Assembly: GCA_965112735.1 (NCBI GenBank) | Contig: OZ218963.1 | Span: 434,001 to 498,000, forward strand | From: Phaeosaccion multiseriatum | Taxonomy: Eukaryota; Protista; Ochrophyta, other classes | Reading direction: 5' to 3' | DNA: 64,000 bases | Shown here: positions 12,369 to 24,743 of the stretch, one piece after another | How positions within the stretch are numbered: position 1 is the stretch's first letter | How the letters are laid out: every line of letters starts with the position of its first letter | The notes under the pieces: generated by a model | Databases searched by the model: none | Told to the model about the DNA's origin: nothing | Seen by the model: only the letters and a program-made list of their open reading frames with translations | Translations under genes and position numbers: made by a program

Positions 12369-13676
12369 ATGATTCTGCGGCACGCTTTTGTTTTGGTTGC
12401 CCTTACTCTGCTAAGAAGCTTAGACATTGGAGCGCAGCAGCAGCAGGAGCAGCCGGAGCAGTACTTACTCTTCGGCCTAAATGGTGGTGTAGGCAACCAG
12501 CTGAAGGGCTTGGCCAATGGGATCAATTGCGCGGAGGCCTTGAACCGGACGCTAATTTTGCCTCCTCTTTTCGGGCACACGAACCTGCACTCGGTCCGCT
12601 TTAGCAACTCCCAGGAATACCCCTGGGGGGGGCATGCGGGGTGTAATACCCACCAAAACGATGACTACGAGAAGCGGCTGTGGCCTATGCTGGAGAAGGG
12701 CCAAAAGTTCGACCCACACGAACATGGGAAGTGGGACTGGGACTTAGTCTTCGATTTGTCTCCCGTCAAGAGATTTGTGCGCATGGTACACTTTGTGGAC
12801 TGGAGGGCTCGCTATATTGAGGAGGAAAACCATGGCGTTGACTCCTTCAACGCCTCGCACTTCCACATTGGGCCGGCGTGCGGTACAGAAAAGGACATTG
12901 CTCTCCTTCGGGACCTTGTGTTTCCACCCTCAACACCCACACTCACCTGGGGCAACATGATGTATTTTGAGGACGGTGGGCCCGCGTCTTATCTGCCGGG
13001 CCGCCAGGCGTTCATGGCGGATGTAAAGTTCTCGCCTGGCATTCTCGACCTGGTGGGCCGAATCACTCGCCAATGGGCATCATCCACCACGACTCCAGCA
13101 GGGGAACGCAACATTGTTGGCAACGGCAGCACGGAAGAAATGCCTTTTTCGTCGCTCGTGTCGGTGCACATACGGGCCGGAGACATGGCAAAGATGTCGA
13201 CGCACGAAACGACGGTGCAGCGCCTCCTCGCGCTGCTCGAGAGGGACATGAAGAAGGGGGTGTTGAAAGGAGGAGGAGGGCAAGAAGCTGGAGCTCAAAC
13301 TCCCATAACCTCTCCACCGGATGCCCTCTTCGTGTGGGTCGGAATGGACTTTACTCGCGACAGCCCCGAGCTCGTCGACGTGGTGTACAAGTCTCCCTTG
13401 TGCGCGCTTCCCTCCTCCTCCTCCTCCTCCTCCTCCTCTACTACCCCTCGTCGTTGCGCAAGTTCTGCTGACCCCTGGGTGGAAACCCTCATTGCAGAGA
13501 GCGACGTGCACCCTGTCATTGCGGCGGCCTTTCTGGACATGGCCTTCTACACCCTTAGCGACGGTGGCTTCTTCTCCAGAAGCTACGCGGGGCACATCTC
13601 GACGTACGATTACTTCCCAAAATGGCAGCGCCGGGGCCGCTCGCCGAGCTGGCCCAAGAGCGACAAGGACATGTAG
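12369..13676 (+). CDS. Intronless O-fucosyltransferase-like protein (POFUT/GT65-GT68-type, GDP-fucose) with signal peptide
   Basis: 435-aa ORF with a hydrophobic N-terminus, the GGVGNQ...AEALNRTLILPP motif, the VSVHIRAGD motif, and a C-terminal AFLDM...F...STY motif typical of GDP-fucose transferases. Confidence 0.75.
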   Translation: MILRHAFVLVALTLLRSLDIGAQQQQEQPEQYLLFGLNGGVGNQLKGLANGINCAEALNRTLILPPLFGHTNLHSVRFSNSQEYPWGGHAGCNTHQNDDYEKRLWPMLEKGQKFDPHEHGKWDWDLVFDLSPVKRFVRMVHFVDWRARYIEEENHGVDSFNASHFHIGPACGTEKDIALLRDLVFPPSTPTLTWGNMMYFEDGGPASYLPGRQAFMADVKFSPGILDLVGRITRQWASSTTTPAGERNIVGNGSTEEMPFSSLVSVHIRAGDMAKMSTHETTVQRLLALLERDMKKGVLKGGGGQEAGAQTPITSPPDALFVWVGMDFTRDSPELVDVVYKSPLCALPSSSSSSSSSTTPRRCASSADPWVETLIAESDVHPVIAAAFLDMAFYTLSDGGFFSRSYAGHISTYDYFPKWQRRGRSPSWPKSDKDM

Positions 13677-14489
13677 AGCTTTTCGTTACTTTAGCACATG
13701 AAGGTACGCACTACGTGGCTTGGCTACCGGCGAGTTACTAGGTGCAAAGCGTAGCAAAGTCAAGTTGCGAGAGCCCCCCGCCCCTCGATCGACGGAAAAG
13801 GGGGAGGCGGCAGCAGCGTCGTTGGCGGGACTTTTGGGGCGGTGGGACAGGCTGGCTGGGCAGGCGGCGAGCCCAGCCACCAGCTCCCAATAAGATGAGC
13901 GCGGCAGAGAAGCGGTGACAGCAAGCAAGCAATGGAGGAGGCAGCAGTGGAAGAGCGAAGGTCAACCAGGATTGGGGTGTGGGAGAAGGCCTTTAAAGGG
14001 TGTTACTACAGACGAGAGCGCACAGACATCGGCACATGGCATTGCGGAGGGCCTAGTAGCTAGGCAAGGCAGCCCTGTGGAGGATGCAGGATGGATTGCC
14101 GTCCGGGAAATGTGCTGAGCCGAGCGAGGATCAACCCATGCTGAAGCGCCTCCTCCCTGTGTTGTGTACGTTTACGAACGACGGCATAGAGGGTGAGGGA
14201 AACCTGACCAACGAGACAAGAGTTCTTGCGATGGGTTGCGCACTTGGTGTACTAGTGGCAACATGATGTCTGGGCACCTCAAAGGTTTTCTGTGGTGGAG
14301 CTGGGTTAGGCTCAATTACGTATTAGCTATTAGGTAGGCAGGACAGGATAGCGGATAGCGGATAGCGTGTCAGCAGGGGTCGAACTTCTAACACGGAGCC
14401 CCTTCTTCATACGACAAAATCCGTGGCGGACGGTCTCGTCACCAACTAATGAGTCGACGGAAAGGCCGCTTTTAGATACTCGAGTAGTA

Positions 14490-15674
14490 TTAGACCGTCG
14501 CAAGAGCTCTCTCCACTTTGTCCCACCAGTACTGCGATGTCAGTTTCCTCAGGACTTCAGCCCGTTTGGAAGGATCCTCAAAATACGGTGCAAACTCTTG
14601 AACAATCTGAGCCAGATTGTCTGTTGTCATATTACTGTACCCATCGGTGATAACGACAGGCCATCCCTTGTACATGGTATCCCCTGCAAAGGGCCCGACG
14701 ATGATTGGAATCAGGCCCGCCAGAAGTGCGGTAAAGAGATTGGGGTTTGGATCGATACCGCCGCCGTGAATACAAAGAAGAAACGCGTAGTTCTCAAGCA
14801 TTTTCGTGTACTGCTCTCTAGATGCAGAGGCCACTTCACAATAGGGAAGTCGCTCACAGACATTCTTGGCAATTGCACGATCATCAAACTGTCCCTTGAT
14901 TTTGCTAGAATCACGAATACGGTTGGTGAAGACGAGTTTAAGTGGCCGTGCCGAGATCAACACTTGCTTCGGAGCCCAATCAAGCAATGTGTCGGGATTA
15001 TGCCCAGGAATGTCTCCACCATTCAAACCGACGGGAATCGGAGTGACGCGGTCTTCGGGAGATACTGTGTCGAGATGCTCCACAAACATGTGAAGGATGC
15101 GAGCATCGTCCAGCCAAGCGTCCCAGACACCAGGTTTCAGCTTTGGGCCCCAGCGAGCGTCCAACTGCTTTGGCGTAGTAGCATCTTCGTCACCAATGAT
15201 TAAAACAAACCGATGAGAATAAGGAATACAGGGAAGGAACCTGTCATTGAATACCTGGGATTCCTTGGTATGGACAAACACCGTTCGTGGGAGTACGTCT
15301 ATCCGGCCCCATATCGTGTGGTTCGACTGACGTGAGCAAATAACCCAGTCACAGCGAGATGCAAACCCAGATGGAGCAAAAAATTGATATTCCCTTGCTT
15401 GCACTGTTGACATGACACGCCAAGTATAGTCGGTGTTGGGTTCCCAAGGGATAACATTGATTCCAGAAGAATTCGCCCCGTGTAGAATGCAGGACGAGAA
15501 GGGTGTAGGCGCAAGCTCATTGGGATAAAGGCTTACTGCAGGTACCGGTCCTGGTGTTCCGAAGCTAGCCTCCTCTGAACTCTCAAAGCCCGTGGAGGCC
15601 TCCGGACCAATTGCGATTGCCGAAACCACCCCAAGTATAACCATTATGGAGCATCCCAACGACGCCAACATCAT
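14490..15674 (-). CDS. Intronless exostosin/GT47-like glycosyltransferase with N-terminal signal or anchor
   Basis: ~394-aa ORF with motifs FVLIIGDED, VTPIPVGLN, YAFLLCIHGGGIDPNPNLFTALLAGLIPII, MYKGWPVVI and KLTSQYWWDKV, resembling the exostosin-like family of protists, bacteria and giant viruses. The first ATG is at 15674; the true start may be upstream and damaged. Confidence 0.65.
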   Translation of the reverse strand: MMLASLGCSIMVILGVVSAIAIGPEASTGFESSEEASFGTPGPVPAVSLYPNELAPTPFSSCILHGANSSGINVIPWEPNTDYTWRVMSTVQAREYQFFAPSGFASRCDWVICSRQSNHTIWGRIDVLPRTVFVHTKESQVFNDRFLPCIPYSHRFVLIIGDEDATTPKQLDARWGPKLKPGVWDAWLDDARILHMFVEHLDTVSPEDRVTPIPVGLNGGDIPGHNPDTLLDWAPKQVLISARPLKLVFTNRIRDSSKIKGQFDDRAIAKNVCERLPYCEVASASREQYTKMLENYAFLLCIHGGGIDPNPNLFTALLAGLIPIIVGPFAGDTMYKGWPVVITDGYSNMTTDNLAQIVQEFAPYFEDPSKRAEVLRKLTSQYWWDKVERALATV

Positions 15675-15880
15675 GCACACGCCCGATCCGGTAGGATTAT
15701 TGGAGATAGAGCTGGAGCTGACCGTGGCTGCCCCCGCTCTCCCTGCCTTCTTCTTCTTCTTCTTCTGCCTCGTTGCCCGAAATGGCTACGTGCAGGCCCA
15801 GTCAGGCCATGCCTCTCGTTGCCCGAAATGGCTAGCTACGTGCAGGACGTCCCATTTCTCTCCTAGCTAGAGCTTTCCGA

Positions 15881-15955
15881 TGATGCCAAAGTATAGAAGG
15901 GCAACAGCAATACTGGTTTAGTGGGGTAGTGTTGCCCTTCTATACTTTGGCATCA
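15881..15955. repeat. 75-bp hairpin: 26-bp perfect stem made of the 28-bp repeat, 23-nt loop
   Basis: TGATGCCAAAGTATAGAAGGGCAACA (15881-15906) pairs with TGTTGCCCTTCTATACTTTGGCATCA (15930-15955). Confidence 0.95.
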
Positions 15956-16289
15956 CCGACCAAAAAACCCGCCTGGCTGTGTGTCGCCGACCACCTTTGC
16001 TTGTACAACCTGCTAGCTGTGAAGTGTCGCGACAGCTGTCGTGTTGCAATATCCCCTCTACAGAAACAGTGACAGGCCAAGTAGTGTCAACTCTTGTATG
16101 GCGAGAAAAGGTTAAAGAAGGGGGGGGTTGTCTAAAAGTAACTGCGGAACTTAGCCCCAGGGGGGGTTGACACTCATGTACATCGATATTCTACGTCGAT
16201 ATAGTGCTCAGTCACAAATGGCGATATTCATGACCAGGAGACCACAAAAAGAAATGACCAGGAGAGCCCTCAGGATTAAAAAGCCCAGC

Positions 16290-17182
16290 ATGTTTGGGCA
16301 CTCAGCGGCATCTGCTGCCCTCCTCGTCGCGCTCAGTCCTCCCCATAGCAGAAGCCGAGGAGTGGGGCTCGTCACGGCATTTACAGCAACCCCGCCTCAC
16401 GTTACTTCCAGGGCACTTTGCAGGGACCTTGCTACAGGGGGGCGAGGCTTGAGGAGATGCGAGAGCCAAGGAAGGGGGAGGGGAAGGAGCAGCAGGAGGG
16501 ATTTCAGCAGCAGTGGTGGTAGCAGGCCTTGGATCGGCAGTAGCGGTACTGCTGGAGATGCGAGGAAGACGAGGAAGAGGAGGCGAGCCATAGGGACTGC
16601 AGCTGCCGTGCCAAACGGCGCCACCGCAGCTGCTTCTTCTTCTGAGCAAGACACCGAACAAGAGGGGAAGGAGGACAGCAGCAGCGGCGGCGGCAGCAGC
16701 AGCAGCAGCAGCAGGCAAACCGATCGGGGGGGAGTGTCGGGGGACAGGCTGGCTTTCCCGGAGCTAAACAGGTATTGCATGGGCGGCGTGAATGATGATG
16801 ACAAGAAGCTGGATCACGCACTCGCCCACCGATGTGACGAACAGTGTTATCTACCTGTAGACGTCCCATTCCTCGCCTCAGCACAACCGCTTTTCAGATG
16901 ATTTTTTCTTCTTGTTTCAGACCCTCTTCCCAACCTCGCTTCCTTGTCGCCTTGGATCGCGCTAAGCAGCAGTCTCTACCCCCGCCCGTTCCCTGCGCCC
17001 CTTTCTTGACCAATCCATTGGGCGGCCACAGTGGAGGCGAGGTGAATCGCCTCTTCTCCAACCTGGAGCCCTGTGACATCACGGGCTTTCGCCGCAAAGC
17101 TACCAACCTCGGGGCGGCCACAGCGCTGGTGGGGGGCACCACTGTGGGGGCAGGTGGGTGGGTTGGTTCTACACAGACAGAC

Positions 17183-17263
<81 letters not shown>

Positions 17264-20200
17264 CAGTTGGCGTTGCTCCTTTGACCCTGGCAATGAATCA
17301 ACAAGTCCAGCTTCCACTGCTGCTGCTCGGCTCAGCTCGCTGGGAAGAGAGCGAGAAAGACTCAGACAGGAACAGAGACACAGTACAACCCCAGCCCCGC
17401 TTCCCCCTCTGACCACTGACCCGGCGTGCATCAATGCCCTACCCTGCCCTACCCTACCGTGCCATCCTTTCCTCCCTCTCAGGCATCTTGGGCCTCCCCG
17501 CCGTGACTCTCGAGCCGGGCTTCATCCCCAGCACCGTGGCCCTGGTGGGCATGTGGCTCTACATGGTGTCGTCGGGCCTGCTCATCGCGGAGGTCAACGT
17601 CAACCTCATCTGCAGGCAGGGGCAGCCGGTACGTGATTCCCTACCTCCGTAGCTGGTACTCCACCCCCCCCCCCCCCCTCTGACAGGTTTTCCACTCAAT
17701 CACTCACTCCTTCACTCACTCCTTCACTCACTCACTCCCTCCCTCCCTCCCTCCCTCCCTCCGTCGCTCCCTCCGTCCCTCCCTCCCTCCTTCCCCCACC
17801 CCCTCCCTCCCTCACTCATTCACCCCCCCACCCCCCCCTCGCCCTCCCTCCCTCCCTCCCTCCCTCACTCACTCACTCACTCACTCACTCACTCACTCAC
17901 TCACTCACTCTCTCCCTCACTCCCTCACTCCCTCCCTCCTTCCCTCCCTCCCTCCCTCCCTCCCTCACTCACTCACTTACTCACTCCCCCACCCCCCCTC
18001 TCCCCCACTCCCTCCCTCCCTTCGCTCCGTCCCTCCCTCCTTCTTCCCTCACCCCCTCCCGCCCTCCCTCCCACTCGCTCTGAAGGGCATGGGCCTGCTG
18101 AAGCTGGCCGAGCAAGCCGTCGGTCCGTTGGGAGCGCGAGTGGCGGGACTGACGTACGTATTCATCCATTATGCCCTCCTCGTGGCCTACATGGCCCAGG
18201 GGGGTGCGCTGCTCGCAGAGGGGGCGGGTGCACTGACAGAAGTGTTACATTTGTCGCAGGGAGGGGCAGGGCAGGGAGAGGTCGCAGCAGGAGCAGCAGT
18301 AGCTGTAGGTGGTGCAGTTGGTGAAACAGCAGCCGCGGCGGGGCTGCCAGCTTCGGCCGGGCCGGTGGCGTTCGTAGCGATGTTCGGTGAGTTCGAGTTG
18401 GAGATAGGGGGTGGGGGTGTTGAGGCTCTGCCTGGAGAGGGGAGGGTTTTTCCGTCTTCATGATGCTGTACCACCACACATCCGATGCACCACCCCCTCT
18501 CTGCCTTATACGATATCCTCCTCCTCCTCCTCCTGCTCCTCCTCCTCCTCCTCCTCCTCCTCCTCCACCACCACCACCACCACCACCACCACCACCACCA
18601 CCACCACCACTGCCGATCCCCAAGGGGGCCTCCTTACTCTGGGATCGGAGGAGCTGGTAGAGAATGTGAACAACGCATTTGTAGCCGTTGTGCTTGTCTC
18701 CTTTGGTGCGCTGCTCGTAGCTGGGGCGGGAGGCGTTCAGCCCGACCTCCTACTGAGGTCCAATGTAGGGGCAGTCTCGACGGCGATTCCCACAATGTTT
18801 GTGGCGCTCGTGTTTCACAATGTGAGTGGGTGACCGAGTGAGTCAGCGAGTGAGTGAGCGAGTGAGTCAGCGTGTGAGTCAGCGAGTGAGTCAGCGAGAG
18901 AGGAGGGAAGGGAGAGAGGGAGAGAGGGAGAGAGGGAGAGAGGGACGGAGAGAGAGAGAGAAAAGGAGGGAGAGAACGAGACGGAGACTGGATGAGTGAG
19001 CAAGTGAGAGAGGAAGGGCAGAGAAGGAGTGAGTGAGTTCGTGCGGGAGGGAGGGAGGGAGATGTGGGCTGATTTGAATCGAGGAAGGGAGAGAGGTGCG
19101 GGCTGATTTGAACTTGAATTTGAATTTGAATTTGAATGGAGGAAGGAACACCCTGCCCGATCCTCCGTTCTTGCCTCTGCCTCTGCCCCTGCCTCTGCCT
19201 GTGCCTCTGACGCGGCTCTGACACGGCTCTGACGCGGCTCTGTTGTGGGACATGTGATGTTCTTCTTCCTCTCCTCAGGTTGTACCCACCATCACCACTC
19301 AGCTCGAGGGAGACGTGGCGAAGTGAGTGAGAGAGGGAGGGGGGAAGGGGGGAGAAAGAAAAAAAAAGGGGGGGGGGAGTGTGATTTACTGATTGAGTCA
19401 ATGATTGATTGATGAAGTGAATGAATGAATGAGTGATTGAGTGAGTGAGTGAGTGAGTGAGTGAGTGAGTGAGCAAGTAAGGCTCGAGCGGCGCGGTGTG
19501 CAGGTAGCATGTTGTACTCAGTTCAAGTCCATTAGACCTCAACTGTAATCGAGTCTATTCGTCGTCTGGTCCTGGTCCTCCTTTCACTCGCCTAATGGTA
19601 CCCTGCCGCTTTGGCGCATGTGTTCGCCGTTTCAGAATCCGGCAGGCCATCGTGGTGGGGTCTGCGGTGCCGCTGCTCATGTTCGTCGCCTGGAACGCCA
19701 TCGTGCTCGGATCGGTGGATCCCTCGGCCGCCAACGAAGGTACGGACAGAGGGGAGGGGAAGGAGGGAGGGAGGAAAGGAAGGAGGGAGACAGAGGGGTA
19801 GGAGGGGGAGGGAGGGAGGGAGGGATGGATGGAGGGAGACGGTGGGAAGGAAGGAAGGAAGGAAGGAGAGGACGGAGAGGGAGGAAGGGAAGAGAAAGAG
19901 GGAGGGAGCGAGGGGAGAAGGGAAGGGAGGGGGAGAGAGAGAGAGGGAGGGGGGAGGGGGAGGAGGATGCAGAGAGCAAAAGCCTTAGAACCTCTCACCG
20001 CCAACCAAGGTACGCACGCCCTGTTGGGTCCCAGCACGCGGGGTTGATACCCACTCTTGGTGCGGGAAGAGTGTTCTCGCGCCTCCTCTCCCTCGCTCCC
20101 TTTCTCTCTTCTCTCCCTCTCTCTCTCTCTCTGTCCCTCTCGCTTTCCCCCTCTCTCTCCCTCCTCACCTCTCTCGCACCATATGCTTTGTATGTTTCCA

Positions 20201-21601
20201 TTCTTCTCTCTTCTTTTGCCCCCCCCCCCCCCCCCTTACGCCTATCTCTCTCAGCCGCGTTGGCTGGCAAGGTCTTCGATCCTCTGGCAGTGCTGCGGAG
20301 TGGAAGTGAAGGGTGAGTATCGGCACGGCACTGTTTCAAAAGCCCAGTGCCGGTACACACACACTCGTACGGCACTCTATGTAGTGCCCAGCGAAGGAAC
20401 TGTATGATTCCCTGACGGGACTATGTAATGTCCACTGACTGTGCGGGACTCTTATGTGATACCCGGGGGGGGTGACAGATACCCGGGGGGGGTGACGGGA
20501 CTTTGGTGTGGTGCGGCACTGCGCTTTGCTTTATGCTACGCCTGACACCTCTGTCGTCCCCCGCCCCCGTCCTTCCTGCTGTACCCCAAAGGAGCTACCT
20601 GGTGTCGGGACTCGTGAGCACCTTCTCTGAGTTCGCCATCGTGACGTCATTCGTGGGCTTCGTGGTGGGCCTCATTGACTTCTTTCAGGACATCTTTAAC
20701 GTACCGGTCGGGGATACCGTCAAGTGAGTGAGTGAGTGAGTGAGTAAGAGTGGTGTGTGTGTGTGTGTGTGTGTGTACGCGCGCCCTCTCTCCCACCTCT
20801 CTCTCCATCTCTCTCTCTCTCTCTCTGTGTGTATGTATGTGTGTCTGTGGGGACTCCCCCTGACCTTACCCTCCCCATCCCCCACCCCCCACCCCCCCTT
20901 CGCAGGGAGAAGTCCCTGTATGCCCTCATCCTCATCCCCCCCCTGGGTGTGGCAGTCACCAATCCCGAGATCTTCTTCGCTGCTCTAGACAACGCCGGTA
21001 CCTTCGGCATCTCCCTCCTGTTTGGCGTGCTCCCCGCCTGCATGGCATGGAATCAGAGATATAGAGACGATGATGTGCTGGCTACCCTCCCGCTCGTCCC
21101 GGGGGGGAAGGTCACTCTGACGGCCATGATTGGCATTGCAGGTGAGTGGGTGCGTGCGTGCGTGCGTGCGTGCGTGCGGGCGTGCGGGCGGCTGCGGATG
21201 CGCTGACGGGTGGGAGGGTGGCCGTGTTGGCGTGTTGGCGCTTCACAACAGAAGGAGAGGGGGGGGGGGGGGCTGTCACCTGTTGCAAGCGTTTCCCGAC
21301 CGTATACAAGCAATAGATGAGATCAAGGGGAAGGGAGGGGCTCAGACCACTCATTTCCCTTTACAGAGTGTGGCCATGGGCCGCAGATCAGGTGTTTTGG
21401 AGCTGGCATTGCGGCTCATCTAAAGCGAAGGGCTCGTCTGGAGCGAAGTATGCTCTCTTGATGCTTGCTCTTTGCCGTACCACTCATTCTGCTCAATCCC
21501 TGTTCACTCTCTCTCACTCTCTCATCGGGTATCTATGACTGTGTGTATGTGCCACAGGAGCTGTAATCGCACAGAAGCTCGTCAGCTTCATACCCCACTA
21601 A
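16290..21601 (+). CDS. Tyrosine/tryptophan permease family (TyrP/Mtr-like, HAAAP) amino-acid transporter, probably plastid-targeted
   Basis: The spliced product contains RLFSNL, GAATALVGGTTVGAGILGLPAVT.EPGFIPS, SGLLIAEVNVN, YVFIHYALLVAY, IPTMFVALVFHNVVPTI, FSEFAIVTSFVGF, FFAALDNAGTFGISLLFGVLPACMAW.QRY and LVPGGK. First intron 16772-17031; last exon ends PH* at 21601. The N-terminus is hydrophobic, then VTA-F, then an S/R-rich transit-like region. Confidence 0.88.
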
Positions 21602-21786
21602 CAACACAGCCAAGCGAAATAGAGCGAGAGAGAGGGAGAGAGTTGAGTGAAAGAGAGCAACGTGTGGAGAGGACGCCCCTCTCTCAAGGGAGAAAGCTCT
21701 CCTCTTCACTCTTAACGGCGGCACGAGACTGAGAGGGAGAGGGAGGGAGCGACGCATGAGAGTTTCTCTGTGGCACTCACAGCGAG

Positions 21787-21828
<42 letters not shown>

Positions 21829-22656
21829 GAACTTGCAAGCAAAACCTACCGTACAAAAACAAAAACAGGAGACACTTCTCTGTAACAATATCGTAATAGT
21901 ATTGTATTAGCTGGGTGGTTGGCGTGTCGCCTTCCTCCCTCGAAGGACGACTTCGAGGCTTGAAACGATTGACTTGACCCTATGTATGCATATGTATGCA
22001 TCTCCAAAGCGGATGCCAGGCGCAGGGCCGGCGCAAGACTGCTCAGACCCCCTCCCCCCCCCACCCACTCACCCTGGCTGAGAGACGCATGTCGCGTGGC
22101 CTCCTCCTCCGTCCCTCCCTCCTCCTCACTCACTCTGGATTGCACTGCTCCCCGTCTTGGCGACGGCGATGGAGAGCTACCACCCACCCCACCACAGCAC
22201 CCTCGCCCACTATCTATGTACACCAAACCTCGACCTGACACGAGAGCAACAGAGCTTCTCTGTGGCGCTTGCTCCAGAGCTACTCTGGCCTCCGCTCTGC
22301 CCCCCGCTCTGCCCCCAGCTGTGGCTCCACTTCTCGCCACCAGCCACGGAATTCAGCATCGAAAATTATCTTTCTCTTGTCTTGTCACCCACCCCGGCTC
22401 TGGAAACCGCGTGCCCTCCTTCTTGTATGCGGAAACCACAAGGCCTCTCCTTCAGCGAGTCAAACTCAGCGAAGCTCGAGTTGTCCCTTTCTACCGATCC
22501 CTCACTCTCACGAACTCCGCCAGTCCATGCGTACGTCCGTCAGCCTCGCTCCTCCCTTCCGACCGTCTCGCATAGCCTATTGTCGGCGCGGTGTTTGCTA
22601 CTGCGTGTCCAGCACTCACGCGCTCATCCATTCACTTTCTCACACACTCGCTCGCT

Positions 22657-22939
22657 CTACGAGTACATAATCTTCAGGAACTGCTCATCGTAAGTCAGGG
22701 GAGAGGGGGACAAGAGTGGGGGGGAGGAGGGGTTGAGTCGTGGAGGATGCTCAAGTCTTACACGACCGCTGAGTGATACGACACGCTACACCAATGTTGA
22801 GTTGGACGAGAGACCGCAAAAACATCATGCAGGGGAGGGACAAGTGCTTCCGACACGGCATGAGGAGGGGGAAACCTCGAGCCCTCCTCACTACCCTACC
22901 CTCTGCAAGGCGTCTCATCGCTTCCTCCCTCCCTTCCCT

Positions 22940-22977
<38 letters not shown>

Positions 22978-24126
22978 TTACCTCATTGATGTTGATCTCG
23001 TTATCCCCGTCCCTGTCTGCCTCCTTAACGAGTAGGTTGATCTCGTCCTCCGTAAGATTGGCCCCGAGGCCTCGCATGATCTCTCCGAGCTCCATCGCGT
23101 CGATTGCACCGCTGCCGTCCTTGTCGAAGAACTGAGGAAGAGGAGGAGGAGGGGGAGGAGGAAGGGAGAGGGGAGTGAGGAGGCGGGTGATGAGCAGGGG
23201 GAGGGGGGAGGGGGTAATGGGCTGGGGAGAGGAGAGGGGCTACATGTACTCGACGCTACATGACAACTTGACCCTCCTGACGCACCTTGAAGGCTTCCCG
23301 GATCTCCCTCTCAAAGTCCGTCTCCACCTCGCACTTGCGCATCATGGAGACGAATTCGTTAAAGTCAATGAGTCCGTTGCCGTCCAGGTCCACCTTGGCC
23401 ATCATGCCTGTGAGCTGCTTGTCGGTGGGGGAGTAGCCCAAGGACCGCATCACAGTGGCTAGCTCACCCTTATCGATCTCTCCGCTTTGGTCCTGTGTAG
23501 CAGTAGGGGAGGGGACGGGCCATGCGTGAGTGAAGGACTGAATATGAATGAGTGAAGGGAGGAGAACGGGAGAGGAGTAGGGGTGGAGCTCAAAGGTAAC
23601 TTCTTCCTCTTTCCCCTCTTCCAGTCAAACAATCCAACCTCGAAAGCGGCACGTTCTTCGTAGCCTCCTGCCCTCTGCCGTCGGTGCTGCTTCCGGCATT
23701 TCCAGCTTATCAATACCCCTCCCCCACCCCCTTCATTTTCCTTCCTCCCAGGGCTCTAACTGTCCCAATAGACGATTGATTGATTGCACAACGTCTTCCC
23801 GTCTGCGTCTTCCAGTATCTACATCCTTCAAAGCAAAGGCGCTGGCCCTTTGGTCGATCTCGTGCATTGTCGCCACTTTCCTTCCCTCATATGTACCCCC
23901 CCCATCCTCCCCCCTCACATCCCCTTCCTGCTCGTCAAGCTCCGGCCCCAAGTCTCATCTCACCGCGGCACTCACGCGTCACCCCCCATCGCACTTCCAG
24001 CACGCACTGGCTCCCCTTTCCTAACACCGCACCCTCCACGCTTACCTTGTCGAAGTTACGGAAAGCCTCCCTGTAGTCCTCGATCTCTTCAGTCGTTAAC
24101 TCCTTCAGCACATCCGCCTGCGACAT
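22657..24126 (-). CDS. Calmodulin-like protein, 4 EF-hands
   Basis: Four exons give MSQADVLKELTTEEIEDYREAFRNFDK|DQSGEIDKGELATVMRSLGYSPTDKQLTGMMAKVDLDGNGLIDFNEFVSMMRKCEVETDFEREIREAFK|FFDKDGSGAIDAMELGEIMRGLGANLTEDEINLLVKEADRDGDNEININE|FLKIMYS*. It is clearly diverged from canonical CaM. Confidence 0.93.
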
Positions 24127-24743
24127 ATCTACCGCCTTCTCTCGTGCTCTCTACGCTTTGGCCCTTTCTTGTGTCGAGCAGCAGAAAAAGAAGACGGGAC
24201 AGAGCTAGCAACAGAGAGAGTTGTCCAGCAGATGGAGCAGAGGAAAGCGCCCGCACCCCCCTGGGCATCTAGCTCCCCCTGCCAGCTCGGAGCCACAAAT
24301 GAACCACAAAATGAAACGTCTTCTCGTCGCCCCGCCGGATCCCTTGCGTGAATCCTGTGCCCTAGGAGAAGCGCAGCAGCAGCAGGAGTAGCAGCAGCAG
24401 CAGCAGAGTCTACTTCCTCACGTTCCTGGCTCAGCACTCGTTCTCTCACGCACGCCACTGGCTGGAAGGCAGCGCAGGCCTGACTGACATGGTTGACAGC
24501 ACCTCGCCGCGGTTTTGATGAGGAATAGCACTGCCATCTTGCTCAGACGCAGGGAGGATGGAATCTTTCGAGAGGCCATGGTAGGAGAGAAGTGGCCGAT
24601 GGAAGCAAAGGGGAAAGAGAGGAGAAGAAAATCAGCGAAAGAAGTGATGATCAAGCCAAATGATGAGCAGTGGAGTTGTGGAGCGGACGCACAGTGAGTG
24701 GGGCCAGATTTGAGCCGAGCGAGACGCCAAGACGGGCAAAAAA

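Noticed and set aside
14367-15203. 278-aa plus-strand ORF
   Set aside because: It is the antisense shadow of the GT47-like gene.
21846-22693. Overlapping 130-200-aa ORFs between the permease and calmodulin-like genes
   Set aside because: They have no motifs or consistent splice structure and are most likely 3' UTR sequence.
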